A DNA stretch of 64,000 nt from Candidatus Sumerlaeia bacterium (GTDB lineage: Bacteria; Sumerlaeota; Sumerlaeia; SLMS01; JANRJK01): assembly GCA_033764015.1 (NCBI GenBank), contig JANRJK010000013.1:558618-622617 (forward strand), given 5' to 3'. Below the pieces are notes generated by a model, which did not search any database, was not told where the DNA came from, and saw nothing but the letters and a program-made list of their open reading frames with translations. The position numbers were made by a program, and so were the translations under genes. Positions 35,080-45,928 of this stretch are shown here, in pieces; the first letter of the stretch is position 1; every line of letters starts with the position of its first letter.

Positions 35080-37431
35080 TTAGAAGTCGGAGCCGATGCG
35101 GAAGCTGAGGAGGCGGCGGCGGTCGCCCTCGCGGCGGACGACGGCGAAGCCGACATCGAGGTCGAGAATGATCGGGCCGAGGTCGGCGCTGAAGCCGGGA
35201 CCGACGCCGACGCGGGGCCGGTCGAGGCTGAACCGGTCGTCGGAGAGGATCGCGCCGTCGGCGAAGATGCGCCCCTGGAACTGCTTCGAGAAGCGGTAGC
35301 GCAGCTCGTGGCGCTGCGTGAGGCGCGTGGCGCCGCCGATGGCGAGGCGCTTCTCGCCCGGGTCGCGTGCGCCGACCTCGCGCGGCGCGAAGCCGCGCAG
35401 CGTCGAGGGGCCGCCGACGAAGTAGCGCTCGCTGAGGCCGACATCCTGCGCGTCGCGCGGCATCAGTCCGACGGTGTGGCCGTAGGCGTACACCCAGTCG
35501 GCGTCGTCGTTCAGGGCGAAGTAGCGGTCGTAGCCGTGGTTCATCTTCACCAGCAGCCCGTCCGCGGTGCCCGCCTCGACGCCGCCGCTCGCCTTGTAGC
35601 CGCGCGTCGGGAACCAGGCGCCGTCCGTGCGGTCGTACACGATGCGCGCGGAACCGGTGGCGACGAGGTAGCCTTTGAACTCGTACTCGGGGTCGCCGTC
35701 GATGTCCTTGAACTTGATCGTCTCGAGGCGCCCGCCGCCATAGAGCGTTGTGTACTCCGAGAGGCGGTAGCCGATCTCGCTCGTGGTGCCGATGGCGCGC
35801 TCGGTGTACACGCGGTAGCGGTTCTCCGAACGGTACGCGGTGAACTCGTAGCTGAAGTCCGAGTCGCCGATGTAGCGGTCGAAGTAGCGGACGCGGAAGT
35901 CGCGCGTGTTGGTGCCGACCGTGGCGGAGGCTTCGAACTGGTCCGCCTCGCCGAAGAGGTTGTTGTTCGTGTAGGCCAGCGTGGCGGAGGGGCCGCTGAC
36001 GCTTCCGACGCCTGCGGAGATCGTGAAGAAGCCGGCGTTCGGCGTCTCCTTCGTCTCTACCACCGCGTCGCGCACCTCGGGATTGCCGGTGGCCTCGGGG
36101 CGCACCGCGACCTCGTCGAACACGCGGAGGCGGCGGAGCCGGTCCTCCGTGCGGTCGGCGTCGCGCTGCAGCCAGCGCTCGCCCGGCTTGAGGCGCACCT
36201 CGCGGAGGATCACCTCGTCCTTCACCGGCGGCGACAGCTTGAGGAACAGCTCCTGCAGCCAGCTCAATTCGATCTGCGTGTCGTAGCGGTCGCGCGCGAG
36301 ACGCACCTGGCCGACCAGCACCGGCGCCCCTTCGGTCACCTGCACCACCACGCGGGCCTGCGAGGTGGCGGCGTCGCGCTCGAGGCGCGTCTCCACGTTC
36401 GTGTCGATGAACCCCTGGTCGCCGTAGAGCTTCTTGAGGCGCAGGATCCCCTCCTGCATCCACTCGCCGGCGTACTTCTCGCCCACGAGGCGCTGGAAGC
36501 AGCGGTCCGCCTCCTCGCGCGTGAGCAGCGTCACGCCCCGGAGCTCGACCGCGGAGACCGTGTAGCGCGGCCCCTCCTCGATCACGATCACCGGGGTGAC
36601 GGTCGCCTTGGCCTCGTCGTACTTGAAGTCGCCGCGGCGGGCGCGCGCGTCCAGATAGCCGCGGTCGCGGTAGACCGCTTCGACGGTGCGCAGGTCCGTC
36701 TCGAACGCGCGCTCGTCGTAGTAGCTGTCGAAGACGAACCAGCTCCCGGTGTTCTGCAGGCGCATGCGCAGCCAGAAGGCCGAGATGCTTTCGTTCCCCT
36801 CGAAGCGCAGGTCGTCGATGCGGATGCGCTCGCCCTCGTCGACGACGACGAACAGGTCCACCTTGCCGGGCTCGCCCTCGACGGGCTCCGCGTTCACCTG
36901 GATCAGCGGGCGGCGGTATCCGGCGCGGGAGTAGAAGCGGCGCAGCGCGGACTGCAACTCCTCGCGCGCGGCGGGGCCGACCGGGTCGCCCTCCTTCAGC
37001 CCCGACTGCGCCGCCAGCGACTTCGCCGAGTAGCGCACGTTGCCGATGAAGCGCAGCTCGCGGAGCGCCGGGTTCTCCTTCACGTCGAAGACGAGCGCGA
37101 CCGCGCCGTCCTCGAGCTCCGTGTAGGACACTGCGATCGCGAGCGGATCGATCTCGGCCTGGCTGGCGAGCGCTTCGAAGTCGCCGCGCATCGCCTCGCG
37201 CGTGAACGCGGAGCCGGCGCGGAGCTGGAGCTTCGGGAGCAGCGTGGCGGGGTCGGTGTTGGCGAGCCCCTCGATGCGGACCTCGCGGATCGGCGTGCCG
37301 TCGGGCGGCGGCTCGACGAGTTCCGCGGCGAGCGCCGCGAACGGCAGCGCGGCCGCCAGCGCGGCCGCCAAGGCGGCGCGCCGCAGGCCGGAAGTGGAGG
37401 GATTCGAGCCGCTCGGATGGCGTCGTGACAT
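35080..37431 (-). CDS. BamA/Omp85-family outer-membrane protein
   Basis: Signal peptide, POTRA repeats (VYRDRGYLDA, LYGDQGF), NNLFG, YFVGGPSTLRGF and a C-terminal Phe. Confidence 0.9.
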   Translation of the reverse strand: MSRRHPSGSNPSTSGLRRAALAAALAAALPFAALAAELVEPPPDGTPIREVRIEGLANTDPATLLPKLQLRAGSAFTREAMRGDFEALASQAEIDPLAIAVSYTELEDGAVALVFDVKENPALRELRFIGNVRYSAKSLAAQSGLKEGDPVGPAAREELQSALRRFYSRAGYRRPLIQVNAEPVEGEPGKVDLFVVVDEGERIRIDDLRFEGNESISAFWLRMRLQNTGSWFVFDSYYDERAFETDLRTVEAVYRDRGYLDARARRGDFKYDEAKATVTPVIVIEEGPRYTVSAVELRGVTLLTREEADRCFQRLVGEKYAGEWMQEGILRLKKLYGDQGFIDTNVETRLERDAATSQARVVVQVTEGAPVLVGQVRLARDRYDTQIELSWLQELFLKLSPPVKDEVILREVRLKPGERWLQRDADRTEDRLRRLRVFDEVAVRPEATGNPEVRDAVVETKETPNAGFFTISAGVGSVSGPSATLAYTNNNLFGEADQFEASATVGTNTRDFRVRYFDRYIGDSDFSYEFTAYRSENRYRVYTERAIGTTSEIGYRLSEYTTLYGGGRLETIKFKDIDGDPEYEFKGYLVATGSARIVYDRTDGAWFPTRGYKASGGVEAGTADGLLVKMNHGYDRYFALNDDADWVYAYGHTVGLMPRDAQDVGLSERYFVGGPSTLRGFAPREVGARDPGEKRLAIGGATRLTQRHELRYRFSKQFQGRIFADGAILSDDRFSLDRPRVGVGPGFSADLGPIILDLDVGFAVVRREGDRRRLLSFRIGSDF

Positions 37432-37505
37432 GATGACGGCAACGCTTTTCGGGCATGCGCACTGGCGCAACTCAATTCGCCGCGCGCGCCGCGGCGGATC
37501 GCATT

Positions 37506-38234
37506 TCAGAGCACGTCGATGACGACGGGGGGGAGCGCGCGGGGCGCGCCGGGGCGCTCGCGCAGCGCGGGTGGCGGCGATCCGGAGCCGGTGCCCGCCG
37601 GGGCGAAGCGCACGCGCCCGTCCGGCAGCCGCTCGAGGCGAACCATCGGCGACGCCACCGCCGCCAGCGCGTCGCGCCAGGGGCGCCCGTCCGGCACGCC
37701 GGGCCCGCGCCCGCCGGCCGGCGACACCGTCGCCAGCATCGACAGCCCCCGCGCCCGCAGCCGCTCCAGCCGCCGCAGCGCCGACGCGAACACGTGCCGC
37801 CGCTCGTGCCGCGGCACCTGCTCGTCCAGGAACAGCTCGTCCGCCCCGAGCAGCACGACAAGCGGGCGCGGCTCGGACGCCAGCAGCGGCGGCAGCAACT
37901 CCTCCACCACCGCGCCGAACTGGTGGATCGTGAACGCGCGCGAAAGGAACACGCGCTCCAGCAGCGCCATCGGGTCCACCCCGTGCTCCCGCGCCCAGTT
38001 GGAAAAGCGGTACGGATCGAACCGGTTGCTCGAATCCAGGCAGTGGATCGAGCGCTCGCCCGCCACCACGCGCGCCAACGCGGTCCAAAGCGCCGGGACG
38101 TCGTCCCCGCGCAGTTCGAGCCCCACGAGGCACGGCGCCGCGAGACGCCCCGCCCACCCCGCCGCGGGGGGCGCCGACGCGTCCGGGGGCGCGAGCCACT
38201 CGGCGGGACGGAGGGCGAGGGAGGCGTCGTCCAT
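37506..38234 (-). CDS. degenerate RecA/Rad51-fold protein lacking Walker A (ImuA-like)
   Basis: IHCLDSSNRFDPY...ALLERVFLSRAFTIHQ resembles the RadA/Rad51 core; no GxxGxGKT motif. Confidence 0.6.
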   Translation of the reverse strand: MDDASLALRPAEWLAPPDASAPPAAGWAGRLAAPCLVGLELRGDDVPALWTALARVVAGERSIHCLDSSNRFDPYRFSNWAREHGVDPMALLERVFLSRAFTIHQFGAVVEELLPPLLASEPRPLVVLLGADELFLDEQVPRHERRHVFASALRRLERLRARGLSMLATVSPAGGRGPGVPDGRPWRDALAAVASPMVRLERLPDGRVRFAPAGTGSGSPPPALRERPGAPRALPPVVIDVL

Positions 38235-38415
38235 GGAGCCATTCCCGCGCATACGGCTTCTGCGTGCAAGCGTTAAGCGAATATTTGGCGAATCATTTCC
38301 GCCGCGATCTCTCGCCCGCGTGGCAGGTAGCGCCCTAAGACCGGCCCGGCGGGACCGCCACGGGTGGCGTAATGGCCCTAACGCTGTGGCGGGATGGGCG
38401 CGTCCGCCCCCGCGG

Positions 38416-39480
38416 CTACGCCCCTTCGCGCGGGTAGCTCCCCAGCACGCGCACCTCGGGGCATTCGGCTTCGAGCGCGCGCAGCGTGTCCGCGAGCGGG
38501 GCGTCTTCGCGGTGGCCCTCGACGTCGACGAAGAAAATCTGCTCCCAGGCGTTCTTGCGGCTGGGGCGGGATTCGATCTTGGTGAGGTTCAGGTCGCGCT
38601 CGGAGAATTGCTGGAGCGCGCGGTAGAGCGCGCCGGGCTTGTCGCGCACGCCGAACATCAGCGACGTGCGGTCGCGCCCCGTCGCGCGCGAGTCGCGCTT
38701 CGCCAGCACCAGGAAGCGGGTCGTGTTGTCCTTCATGTCCTCGATGGCGGGTGCGAGCACGCGGAGGCCGTACATCTCCGCGCCGATGCGGCTGCCGATC
38801 GCTGCCGCGTTGCGGTTCGTCGCGACCATCTCCATGGCGCGAGCGGTCGAGGCCACCTCCTGGAGGTCCGCGTCGGGCAGGTTGGCGCGGAGCCATTCGG
38901 CGCACTGCATCAGGCCCTGCCGGTGGCTGTACACCGTGCGCACGCGCTCGAGCGTTCCGACGCCAACCAGCGATTGCTCGATCGGCATCAGGATCTCGGC
39001 GCAGATCATCGCCTGCGAATCGAGGAATGCATCCAGCGTGTCGTGGATGATGCCGCCGGTGCTGTTTTCGACCGGCACCACGGAGTGTTCGACGCGGCCG
39101 TCGTCGAGCATCTCGAACAGCTCGCGGATCGACTGCGTGCTTTCGAAGCGCACCGAGTGGCCGAACTCGCGGATGGCGGCTTGGTGCGAAAAGGTCGCGG
39201 GCGGGCCGAGGTACCCAACACGGAGCGGCTTCTGCAGGTTTAGGCAGGCGCTGAGGATCTCGCGGAAGACGTTCGCGAGGCCGTCGCGCGGGATGTCGCC
39301 GGCGCTCATCTCGAGCGCCTTCTGCAGCACGCCGCGCTGGCGTCCGGCGTCGTAGGTGTTGAGGCCGCCGACCGCCTTGGTCTCGCCGACGGCGCGGGCG
39401 ATGGAGGCGCGCTCGTCGAGCAGCTTCACGAGCTGGGAGTCGATCTCGTCGATACGGGTGCGGAAGTTCTGGAGGTCCAT
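38416..39480 (-). CDS. pheA: chorismate mutase / prephenate dehydratase
   Basis: RTRIDEIDSQLVKLL, YLGPPATFSH, VPVENS, YSH, NTTRFLV, LTKIESRP, VLGSYP. Confidence 0.95.
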   Translation of the reverse strand: MDLQNFRTRIDEIDSQLVKLLDERASIARAVGETKAVGGLNTYDAGRQRGVLQKALEMSAGDIPRDGLANVFREILSACLNLQKPLRVGYLGPPATFSHQAAIREFGHSVRFESTQSIRELFEMLDDGRVEHSVVPVENSTGGIIHDTLDAFLDSQAMICAEILMPIEQSLVGVGTLERVRTVYSHRQGLMQCAEWLRANLPDADLQEVASTARAMEMVATNRNAAAIGSRIGAEMYGLRVLAPAIEDMKDNTTRFLVLAKRDSRATGRDRTSLMFGVRDKPGALYRALQQFSERDLNLTKIESRPSRKNAWEQIFFVDVEGHREDAPLADTLRALEAECPEVRVLGSYPREGA

Positions 39481-39556
39481 CGCGTGCCTTGCGCAGGGAA
39501 TCGGATGCGCAACGCTGTCCGCCCGCGCGGACGGGGTCAAACGGACGCTCCGCGCG

Positions 39557-40945
39557 CTACTTGCCGAGGCAGAAGGTCGAGAATACCGCGTCGAGCAACT
39601 CTTCGTCGAGCGTCGCCGCCGCCGCGGGCGCGGTACGGTCGAGCGCCGCCAGCGCCTCCGTGAGGTGGACGGCGACGAACTCAGGAGCGAGGCTGGAGGC
39701 GAGCGCCTCGCGGGCGCGGACCAGATGTTCCGCGGCGTTGGCGACCGCGGAGGTCTGCCGAGCGGTGACCAGCGTCGCGCCTTCGCCGCGGTCCTCCGCG
39801 CGCAATGCGGCGGCGATGCGTGCCTCCAACTCCGCCACACCCGCGCCGGTTGCCGCGCTCACTGCGAGGACACCGAGCGCGCGCGCCTCCAGCGCCGGCA
39901 GGGGAGCGGGTGCGGCGGCGAGGTCCGCCTTGCTGCGCACCAGCAGGAACGGCGCGGCGCCGAGTGCTTCGAGCGCTGCGGGCTCGGCGGGCGGTTCCGC
40001 CGGATCGACCACCAGCAGCGCGAGGTCGGCCCCGGCGAGCTCGCGGCGCGACACCGCCACGCCCGCCGCTTCAACGGGGTCGTCCGCGTCGCGCAGGCCC
40101 GCCGTGTCCACCAGCGTCAGCGGCACGCCGGCGAGGTCGATGGTGGCCTCGACCGAGTCGCGCGTGGTGCCCGGATGCGGGCTGGTGATGGCGCGCTCGC
40201 GGCGCAGGAGCGCGTTGAAGAGCGACGACTTCCCCGCGTTCGGGGCGCCGGCGAGCACCACGCGCGCGCCCTCCGCGAGGCGACGGCCCCGCTCCGCGGT
40301 CCGGAGCAGCGCATCGAGCATCGCCTGGACCGACTCGACATCCGCCGCGAGGCGCTGCTCGAGCGGCTCATCCACATCGTCCGGGAAGTCGACGAGCGCT
40401 TCGAGCTGCGCGAGCACAGGCACCAGCGCGGCGCGCGCGGCCGCGATCCGCTGCGAAAGCGCGCCGCCCAGCGCGCCGAGCGCGGCCCGCGCGGCGGCGT
40501 CCGTGCGGGCGCGGGCGAGCGCGCCGACCGCCTCCGCCTGCGCGAGGTCGAGGCGCCCGTTCAGGAGCGCTCGCCGGGTGAACTCGCCCGGATCCGCAAG
40601 GCGAGCGCCGCACGCCAGGCACGCGGCGAGCACGCGCTCCACGACGGCGGGCGAGCCGTGCAGGTGGAACTCCGCGGCGTCCTCGCCGGTGGCGCTGCGG
40701 GGCGCGTTCCAAAGCACCAGGAGGCCGTCGTCGATGGGCGTGCCGGATCCGTCGCGGACCTCCCCTTGTCGGAGTAGTCCCGGCGCGGCGTCGGCCTTGC
40801 GGTGCGGCGAGAACAACCGGATCGCCACGGCGTGCGCGGCTGGGCCGGACAGGCGGACGATGGCGATGGCCGCCGCGCCGGGGGCGGTCGCCGGCGCGGC
40901 GATCGTATCGTGCGCGCGGAGCGGGTCCGCCGCGGGGCGGGGCAT
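39557..40945 (-). CDS. mnmE: tRNA modification GTPase MnmE
   Basis: [50 protein letters not shown]. Confidence 0.95.
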   Translation of the reverse strand: MPRPAADPLRAHDTIAAPATAPGAAAIAIVRLSGPAAHAVAIRLFSPHRKADAAPGLLRQGEVRDGSGTPIDDGLLVLWNAPRSATGEDAAEFHLHGSPAVVERVLAACLACGARLADPGEFTRRALLNGRLDLAQAEAVGALARARTDAAARAALGALGGALSQRIAAARAALVPVLAQLEALVDFPDDVDEPLEQRLAADVESVQAMLDALLRTAERGRRLAEGARVVLAGAPNAGKSSLFNALLRRERAITSPHPGTTRDSVEATIDLAGVPLTLVDTAGLRDADDPVEAAGVAVSRRELAGADLALLVVDPAEPPAEPAALEALGAAPFLLVRSKADLAAAPAPLPALEARALGVLAVSAATGAGVAELEARIAAALRAEDRGEGATLVTARQTSAVANAAEHLVRAREALASSLAPEFVAVHLTEALAALDRTAPAAAATLDEELLDAVFSTFCLGK

Positions 40946-40966
40946 TGCGCGGAAGGGGCTAGCTGT

Positions 40967-42094
40967 TCACTCGGCCCACTTGCGCGGGGCCGGGCCGACG
41001 TAGGCCTCGCTGGGCCGGATGATGCGGTTGTCCGCGCGCTGCTCCAGGATGTGCGCGCACCAGCCCGCCGTCCGCGAGAACACGAAGATCGGTGTGAACA
41101 GGGGGATCGGAATGCCCATCGCATGGTACACGTAGGCGTGGTAGTAGTCCGCGTTCGGGAAGAGCTTCTTCTCGCGCCGCAGCACCTGCTCGACGCGCTC
41201 GAAGATCGGGAAGAGGCTGCCGTCCTCGCGCTCCGTGGCCATGGCGGCGGCGAAGCGCTTGATGATGTTGCTGCGCGGGTCCTGGATTTTGTAAACGCGG
41301 TGGCCGAAGCCCATCACCTTGTCCTTGCGGGCCAGCATCCCGAGGATCTGCTGCTCCGCGTCGTCCGCGTTGCGGAAGGGGAGGACCATCTCCATGGCGG
41401 CCTCGTTCGCGCCGCCGTGCAGGTTGCCCTTCAGCGTCGCGATGGCCGACGTCACAGCGCCGTACATGTCGGCGTTGGTCGAGGTGCACACGCGCGCGGC
41501 GAACGTCGAGGCGTTGAAGCCGTGCTCCGCGTAGAGGATCAGCGAGACGTTCATCAGCGAGCGTTCGAACTCGCTCGGCATCCGCCCGAACAGGCCGAAG
41601 AGGAAGTAGCCGCCGATGTCGGTGTGCGGATACTCGTCGAAGCGGGGGGGCTTCTTACCCTGCGACGCGTGGTGCCAGTAGTTGATGATCGAGGGGGCGA
41701 TGCCCAGAAGCCGCGCCGCCTGGTGCTCGGGCTCGTAGGCGTCCTCCGCCTCGAGGTGCCCCATGAACGAAACGCCGGTTCGAAGCACATCCATCGGGTG
41801 CGAGGTGGCGGGGATGCGGTCGAGCACCTCGCGGAGCGCCTGCGGCAGCGTGCGCCCCTCGACGACGTGCCGCAGGAAGTCGCGCGAGCGCCATTCCGTC
41901 GGCTTCTCGCCGCAAACCAGCATGCAGGCGACGTCCTCGAAGGTGGCCACGTCGACCAGCTCCTCGACGTCGTAGCCGCGGTAGTGCAGGCTGTCGCCGG
42001 TGCGCCCCACGGTGCAGATGCTCGACACGCCGGCGATGACGCCTTCGAGCCCCTTCTTGTACTCCGGTGGAACGACAGCGGTTTCAGCGGCCAC
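40967..42094 (-). CDS. prpC: 2-methylcitrate/citrate synthase
   Basis: GTG start after [57 protein letters not shown]. Confidence 0.8.
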   Translation of the reverse strand: MAAETAVVPPEYKKGLEGVIAGVSSICTVGRTGDSLHYRGYDVEELVDVATFEDVACMLVCGEKPTEWRSRDFLRHVVEGRTLPQALREVLDRIPATSHPMDVLRTGVSFMGHLEAEDAYEPEHQAARLLGIAPSIINYWHHASQGKKPPRFDEYPHTDIGGYFLFGLFGRMPSEFERSLMNVSLILYAEHGFNASTFAARVCTSTNADMYGAVTSAIATLKGNLHGGANEAAMEMVLPFRNADDAEQQILGMLARKDKVMGFGHRVYKIQDPRSNIIKRFAAAMATEREDGSLFPIFERVEQVLRREKKLFPNADYYHAYVYHAMGIPIPLFTPIFVFSRTAGWCAHILEQRADNRIIRPSEAYVGPAPRKWAE

Positions 42095-42171
42095 GACGGC
42101 CCTCCTCGGCTTGCGTGTATCCTTCATCCGCCCGCGGCCGCCGGGGGAGCAAGTCGGAGCTTCCGGCGCGG

Positions 42172-43179
42172 CTAGACGTGGTAGCCCGCGCGGGCCCTGG
42201 CGGCCCACTCCCCCGTCCAGCCGTCGATGCAGCGCCGCAGACCCTCTTCGAGCGACACCCGCGGCGACCACTCCAGTTCCTCCCGGGCGCGCGCGGAGTC
42301 CGCAAGCAGGCGGCCCACCTCCGACGCGGCGGGGCGCAAGCGCGCCGCCTCCTCCACGATGGGGATGTCGCGTCCCGCGAGCCGAAGAAGCGCAACCGCG
42401 AGTTCGCCGATCGACACCTCGCGTCCCGAGCCGAAGTTGAACACACGCCCGTGGACGGCGCCGCCCGCCTCCGCCAGTGCGATCATGCCGTCGACCGTGT
42501 TCGAGACGAAGTTCAGGTCCCGCGTCGGCGACAGCGCTCCGAGCCGAAGCTCCTCCGCGCCGCCGAGCACCTGCGCGAGGATCGCGGGGATGATCGCCCG
42601 CGTGCTCTGCCGCGGGCCGAAGGTGTTGAACGGGCGCGCGATGGCGACCGGAGTGCCGAAGCTGCGGAAGTGGCTCTCCGCCAGCGCGTCCGCGCCGACC
42701 TTTGAGGCGGCGTAGGGCGACTGCGCCTGCAGCGGGTGCTCTTCCGTGATCGGCGCGAAGCGCGCGGTGCCGTACACCTCGCTGGTCGACGTGTGCACCA
42801 CGCGGCGGACGCCTTGCGAGCGCGCCGCCTCGAGAACGTGGAGAGTCCCTTCGACGTTCACCTGCAGGTAGCTCAGCGGCGCGCGGTATGAATATGGGAT
42901 GGCGATGAGCGCGCCGAGGTGGAACACCGTGTCCACACCGCGAGTGGCATCCGCCACCAGCGCGCCGTCGCGCAGGTCGCCCTGGAAGACCTCGATGCGG
43001 GGGAGCAGCTCCGGCGCGGCGTGGTCGAGCCAGCCTGCGGAGCCGGCGCCGTTGTAGCGGACGAGTGCGCGGACGTGGGCGCCACGGCGGGCGAGTTCCT
43101 CCGCGAGGTGCGAGCCGATGAACCCCCCCGCGCCGGTCACGAGCACCGCGCGGTCGGCCCAGAAGCCCTGCGCGCTCAC
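42172..43179 (-). CDS. NAD-dependent nucleotide-sugar 4,6-dehydratase (LegB-like)
   Basis: [54 protein letters not shown]. Confidence 0.9.
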   Translation of the reverse strand: MSAQGFWADRAVLVTGAGGFIGSHLAEELARRGAHVRALVRYNGAGSAGWLDHAAPELLPRIEVFQGDLRDGALVADATRGVDTVFHLGALIAIPYSYRAPLSYLQVNVEGTLHVLEAARSQGVRRVVHTSTSEVYGTARFAPITEEHPLQAQSPYAASKVGADALAESHFRSFGTPVAIARPFNTFGPRQSTRAIIPAILAQVLGGAEELRLGALSPTRDLNFVSNTVDGMIALAEAGGAVHGRVFNFGSGREVSIGELAVALLRLAGRDIPIVEEAARLRPAASEVGRLLADSARAREELEWSPRVSLEEGLRRCIDGWTGEWAARARAGYHV

Positions 43180-43451
43180 AGCGCGAAGCCCTTGCGCTTG
43201 GCGATGACCGCCTTCGCGTCCGCGAGCATCCGCTGGAAGTCGGCCCCCTCGCGCAGGATCTCGGCGCCGTGCTGACGCAGGGCGCGCTCCGCCTCCGCTT
43301 CGATCGCCATCTCCTCGGCGATGTTCTTGCGCAGCACCGCGCGCACCACGGCGCGGACCTGCTCGGTGTTGGCCACCTGGACGGCGGGGTCGGAGGCGAG
43401 CGCGTCGACGACGGCTTGGGCAAGCGGTTCGATCAGGTCTTCGCGGAACAT
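43176..43451 (-). CDS. DUF507-like protein
   Basis: ...[13 protein letters not shown]...[22 protein letters not shown]. Confidence 0.7.
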   Translation of the reverse strand: MFREDLIEPLAQAVVDALASDPAVQVANTEQVRAVVRAVLRKNIAEEMAIEAEAERALRQHGAEILREGADFQRMLADAKAVIAKRKGFAL

Positions 43452-43488
43452 GTCTGGATCGAACGGCGGGGAGCGTGGCGGGGCCAAC

Positions 43489-43525
43489 AAAAAGGGGCCG
43501 GGCGCCTGCGCGCCCACGCGCCCCG
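43489..43525 (-). terminator. putative intrinsic terminator after the YfhO-like gene
   Basis: Minus strand reads GGGGCgcgtGGGCGCgcagGCGCCCgGCCCCTTTTT, a hairpin followed by a U-tract. Confidence 0.55.
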
Positions 43526-43531
43526 GCGGAG

Positions 43532-45928
43532 CTAGCCGGTCTTGGTGGGCAGACCGCGCGGGCGCCATCCCGCCAGCACCGCCGCTCCGATCCATCCCAG
43601 CGCCGAAAGCAGCCAGACTCCCGTGCCGCCGGTGTCAGAGGTGAAGGAGCGCCGGACCGTGTGCGTCCCCGCCGGAAGCCCGACCGACCGTGGCCCAAGC
43701 GCCTCCCCTCCGGTCGGCAGCGCTTCCCACTTCCACCCCGGATGATCCGCCGTGGAAACGTGCAGCACGCCCGGCGCCGACAGCTCAACTTGGTACTCTT
43801 CCGCTTGTGCGGAGCGGTCGACCCTCCGGACCCGCCCGAGGCCGGGTTGGGGTTCGGCGGACCAGTCGTCCCCCGCGCCGATCCACGCCCAGCCGCGCGC
43901 GGAGGGGTTTTCGAGCAGCATCAAGCCTTCCGCTGTGATCCGCTCGACGGGCCGGAGCCCCAGCGCCTCCAGCTCGCGCATCGGTTGCCCGGCGCCATAG
44001 GTCAGCACCCAGCGCACATTGTACGCCGCCAGCGGCTCGATCCGGTTCAGTCCCGGGAAGCGCAGGAATGGCGCGACCCGCATCCCCGGCTCGTATCCGT
44101 CGACGGCGGCCTGCAGGTCGCGTACGGTTCCGCTGAGCAGGAGCTGGCGGTACCCGCGCGCGGACTCGATGCGCGAGACCACGGGCCCCTCGTACAGCAA
44201 CTCGGGGGTGAACTGGTCGAACTGCCAGCCCTGCACGTCGTCCAGGTGGAGCACGCGGCCGGTCGCGGAGAGCGCGCTCAGGCGCTCGACGAGCGGGCTT
44301 TCCAGGTAGAGCCGGTCGAGCGCCGCGGCGGCGGGGGAGAGCCGGAAGTAGCGCTCGGGCGCGTCGACGAAAGCCTCCTCCTCCCTCGTCGGAAAGTCGA
44401 GCGAGTACGGGCGCCAATAGCGTTTCGCGTCGACCACCGTGAAGGCGAGCAGCACGGCGAGCAGAACGCCCGGCGAGCTTCTGCGGCGCCAAAGGAGCAG
44501 CGTCAGCAGCGCGCCTCCCGCCAGCAGCCCGAAGGTCCACTCGACGCTCCGGCGCGCGCTGCCGAGGAGTCCTTCCTCGAGTTCCTCGCGGACCGCCGGG
44601 GCGAACTCGAGCAGCTTGCGCTGGAATCCGAGCGAATCGAGGAGCTGGGGCAGCAGCGCGCGGCAGGCGAGCGCCGCCAGGAGCACGGCGCCCGCCGTGA
44701 CGAAGAGCTGGCGATTGCGGTCGGCGTCCCACTCCGCAAGCCGGTCGAAGGCCATCGCTGCTCCGACAGCCAGCGTTACGCCCACCCACAATGCCCACCG
44801 CGCGGGCACGCGGAACAGGTCGAAGCCGGGGAGGACTTCGAACGCGATCCGGAAGAGGGGGCTGGAGGAGCCGAACGCGAGGGCGAAGCCCACCGCCGCG
44901 ACGGCGATGAAGGCTCCCGCCGCGCGGCGGGCGCCAAGGTCTTCTCCGCCCCGCAAGGCGATCCCGAGCCCCGCGAGCCCGAGCACCCACCCCGCGACCG
45001 TCGCGTAGCCCGCCACTTCGTGGAATCCGGTGAGCCCGCTCCAGTGGGCGAGGTCGCTCGCGGGAGCGAACAGCTCCGGAAAGAACCAAGTCGCGACGTG
45101 GCGGAGCTGGAGGGAGTCGCCGGTGATGAACCGCCAAAGGTCGCCGCCGGTGCGGGGGTCGGCCAGCGCCTGGAACCCGCGCACGGCCCACAGGTGCGGC
45201 ATCGCGAGCAGGACGGCGCCCGCCGCCGCGCCCGCGTATGCGGCGAGGTCCGCCGCGAGCGGCTTCGCATCGGCGCGCCCGAAGTCCCTCCACGCGACCA
45301 GGAGGACGCCTCCACCGAACCACGTGACGAAGGTCATCTGCGGCATCCCGGCGAGGAGCTGCATCCCGCCGGTGAGCGCCAAGGCTCCGGCCCCGCGGCG
45401 GCGTTCTCCCGCGGCGAGCCAGTGCGTCGCCAGCGCATGCCACGGCAGCCACGCGACTGTGTAGACGAAGACAAGGATGCCGGGCTGGATGCGGAAGGTG
45501 TAGAAGGCGCCGCAAAGCCACAGCGCCAGGGCAAGGAGCGATCCGTGGAACCCCGCGAACCTCCGCGCCAGCGCGAACATCCCGACGCCGGAGAACGCGA
45601 AGTGCAGCATCTGGGCGACCGTGAGGCCGGACGCCGCGCCCTCCGCGCCCCAGAGCTTGAGGAGCCAGGTCGCAGGATAGAGCAGTGTCGACTGCGGATC
45701 GGCGAGGAGCGGCGCGCCTGCGAACGTCCAGGGCAGCCAGCCGGCGCCGTCGCGGAGCCAGGCGACCACCCAGGGAAGGAAGAAGTGCCGTGTATCACCG
45801 CCGATCGCCGCCGTGCCTCCCCACACCAGGGAGCCGAAGAGCGCCAGCAGCACCGCGACCGCGAGCGCGGACGCCTTCGCCAGCTCGCGCAGCGGAGGCA
45901 GCAGGGGAGGCGCGGGGGCATCGGTCAT
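43532..45928 (-). CDS. YfhO-like polytopic membrane protein (GT-C-like)
   Basis: WLPWTFAGAPLLADPQSTLLYP, QLLAGMPQ, LPGFDLFRVPARW, YNVRWVL, DHPGWK. Confidence 0.78.
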   Translation of the reverse strand: MTDAPAPPLLPPLRELAKASALAVAVLLALFGSLVWGGTAAIGGDTRHFFLPWVVAWLRDGAGWLPWTFAGAPLLADPQSTLLYPATWLLKLWGAEGAASGLTVAQMLHFAFSGVGMFALARRFAGFHGSLLALALWLCGAFYTFRIQPGILVFVYTVAWLPWHALATHWLAAGERRRGAGALALTGGMQLLAGMPQMTFVTWFGGGVLLVAWRDFGRADAKPLAADLAAYAGAAAGAVLLAMPHLWAVRGFQALADPRTGGDLWRFITGDSLQLRHVATWFFPELFAPASDLAHWSGLTGFHEVAGYATVAGWVLGLAGLGIALRGGEDLGARRAAGAFIAVAAVGFALAFGSSSPLFRIAFEVLPGFDLFRVPARWALWVGVTLAVGAAMAFDRLAEWDADRNRQLFVTAGAVLLAALACRALLPQLLDSLGFQRKLLEFAPAVREELEEGLLGSARRSVEWTFGLLAGGALLTLLLWRRRSSPGVLLAVLLAFTVVDAKRYWRPYSLDFPTREEEAFVDAPERYFRLSPAAAALDRLYLESPLVERLSALSATGRVLHLDDVQGWQFDQFTPELLYEGPVVSRIESARGYRQLLLSGTVRDLQAAVDGYEPGMRVAPFLRFPGLNRIEPLAAYNVRWVLTYGAGQPMRELEALGLRPVERITAEGLMLLENPSARGWAWIGAGDDWSAEPQPGLGRVRRVDRSAQAEEYQVELSAPGVLHVSTADHPGWKWEALPTGGEALGPRSVGLPAGTHTVRRSFTSDTGGTGVWLLSALGWIGAAVLAGWRPRGLPTKTG

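Noticed and set aside
35080..37431. Assigning the gene symbol bamA
   Set aside because: It is clearly Omp85-family, but it is not in a skp/lpxD context, so a paralog such as TamA cannot be excluded.
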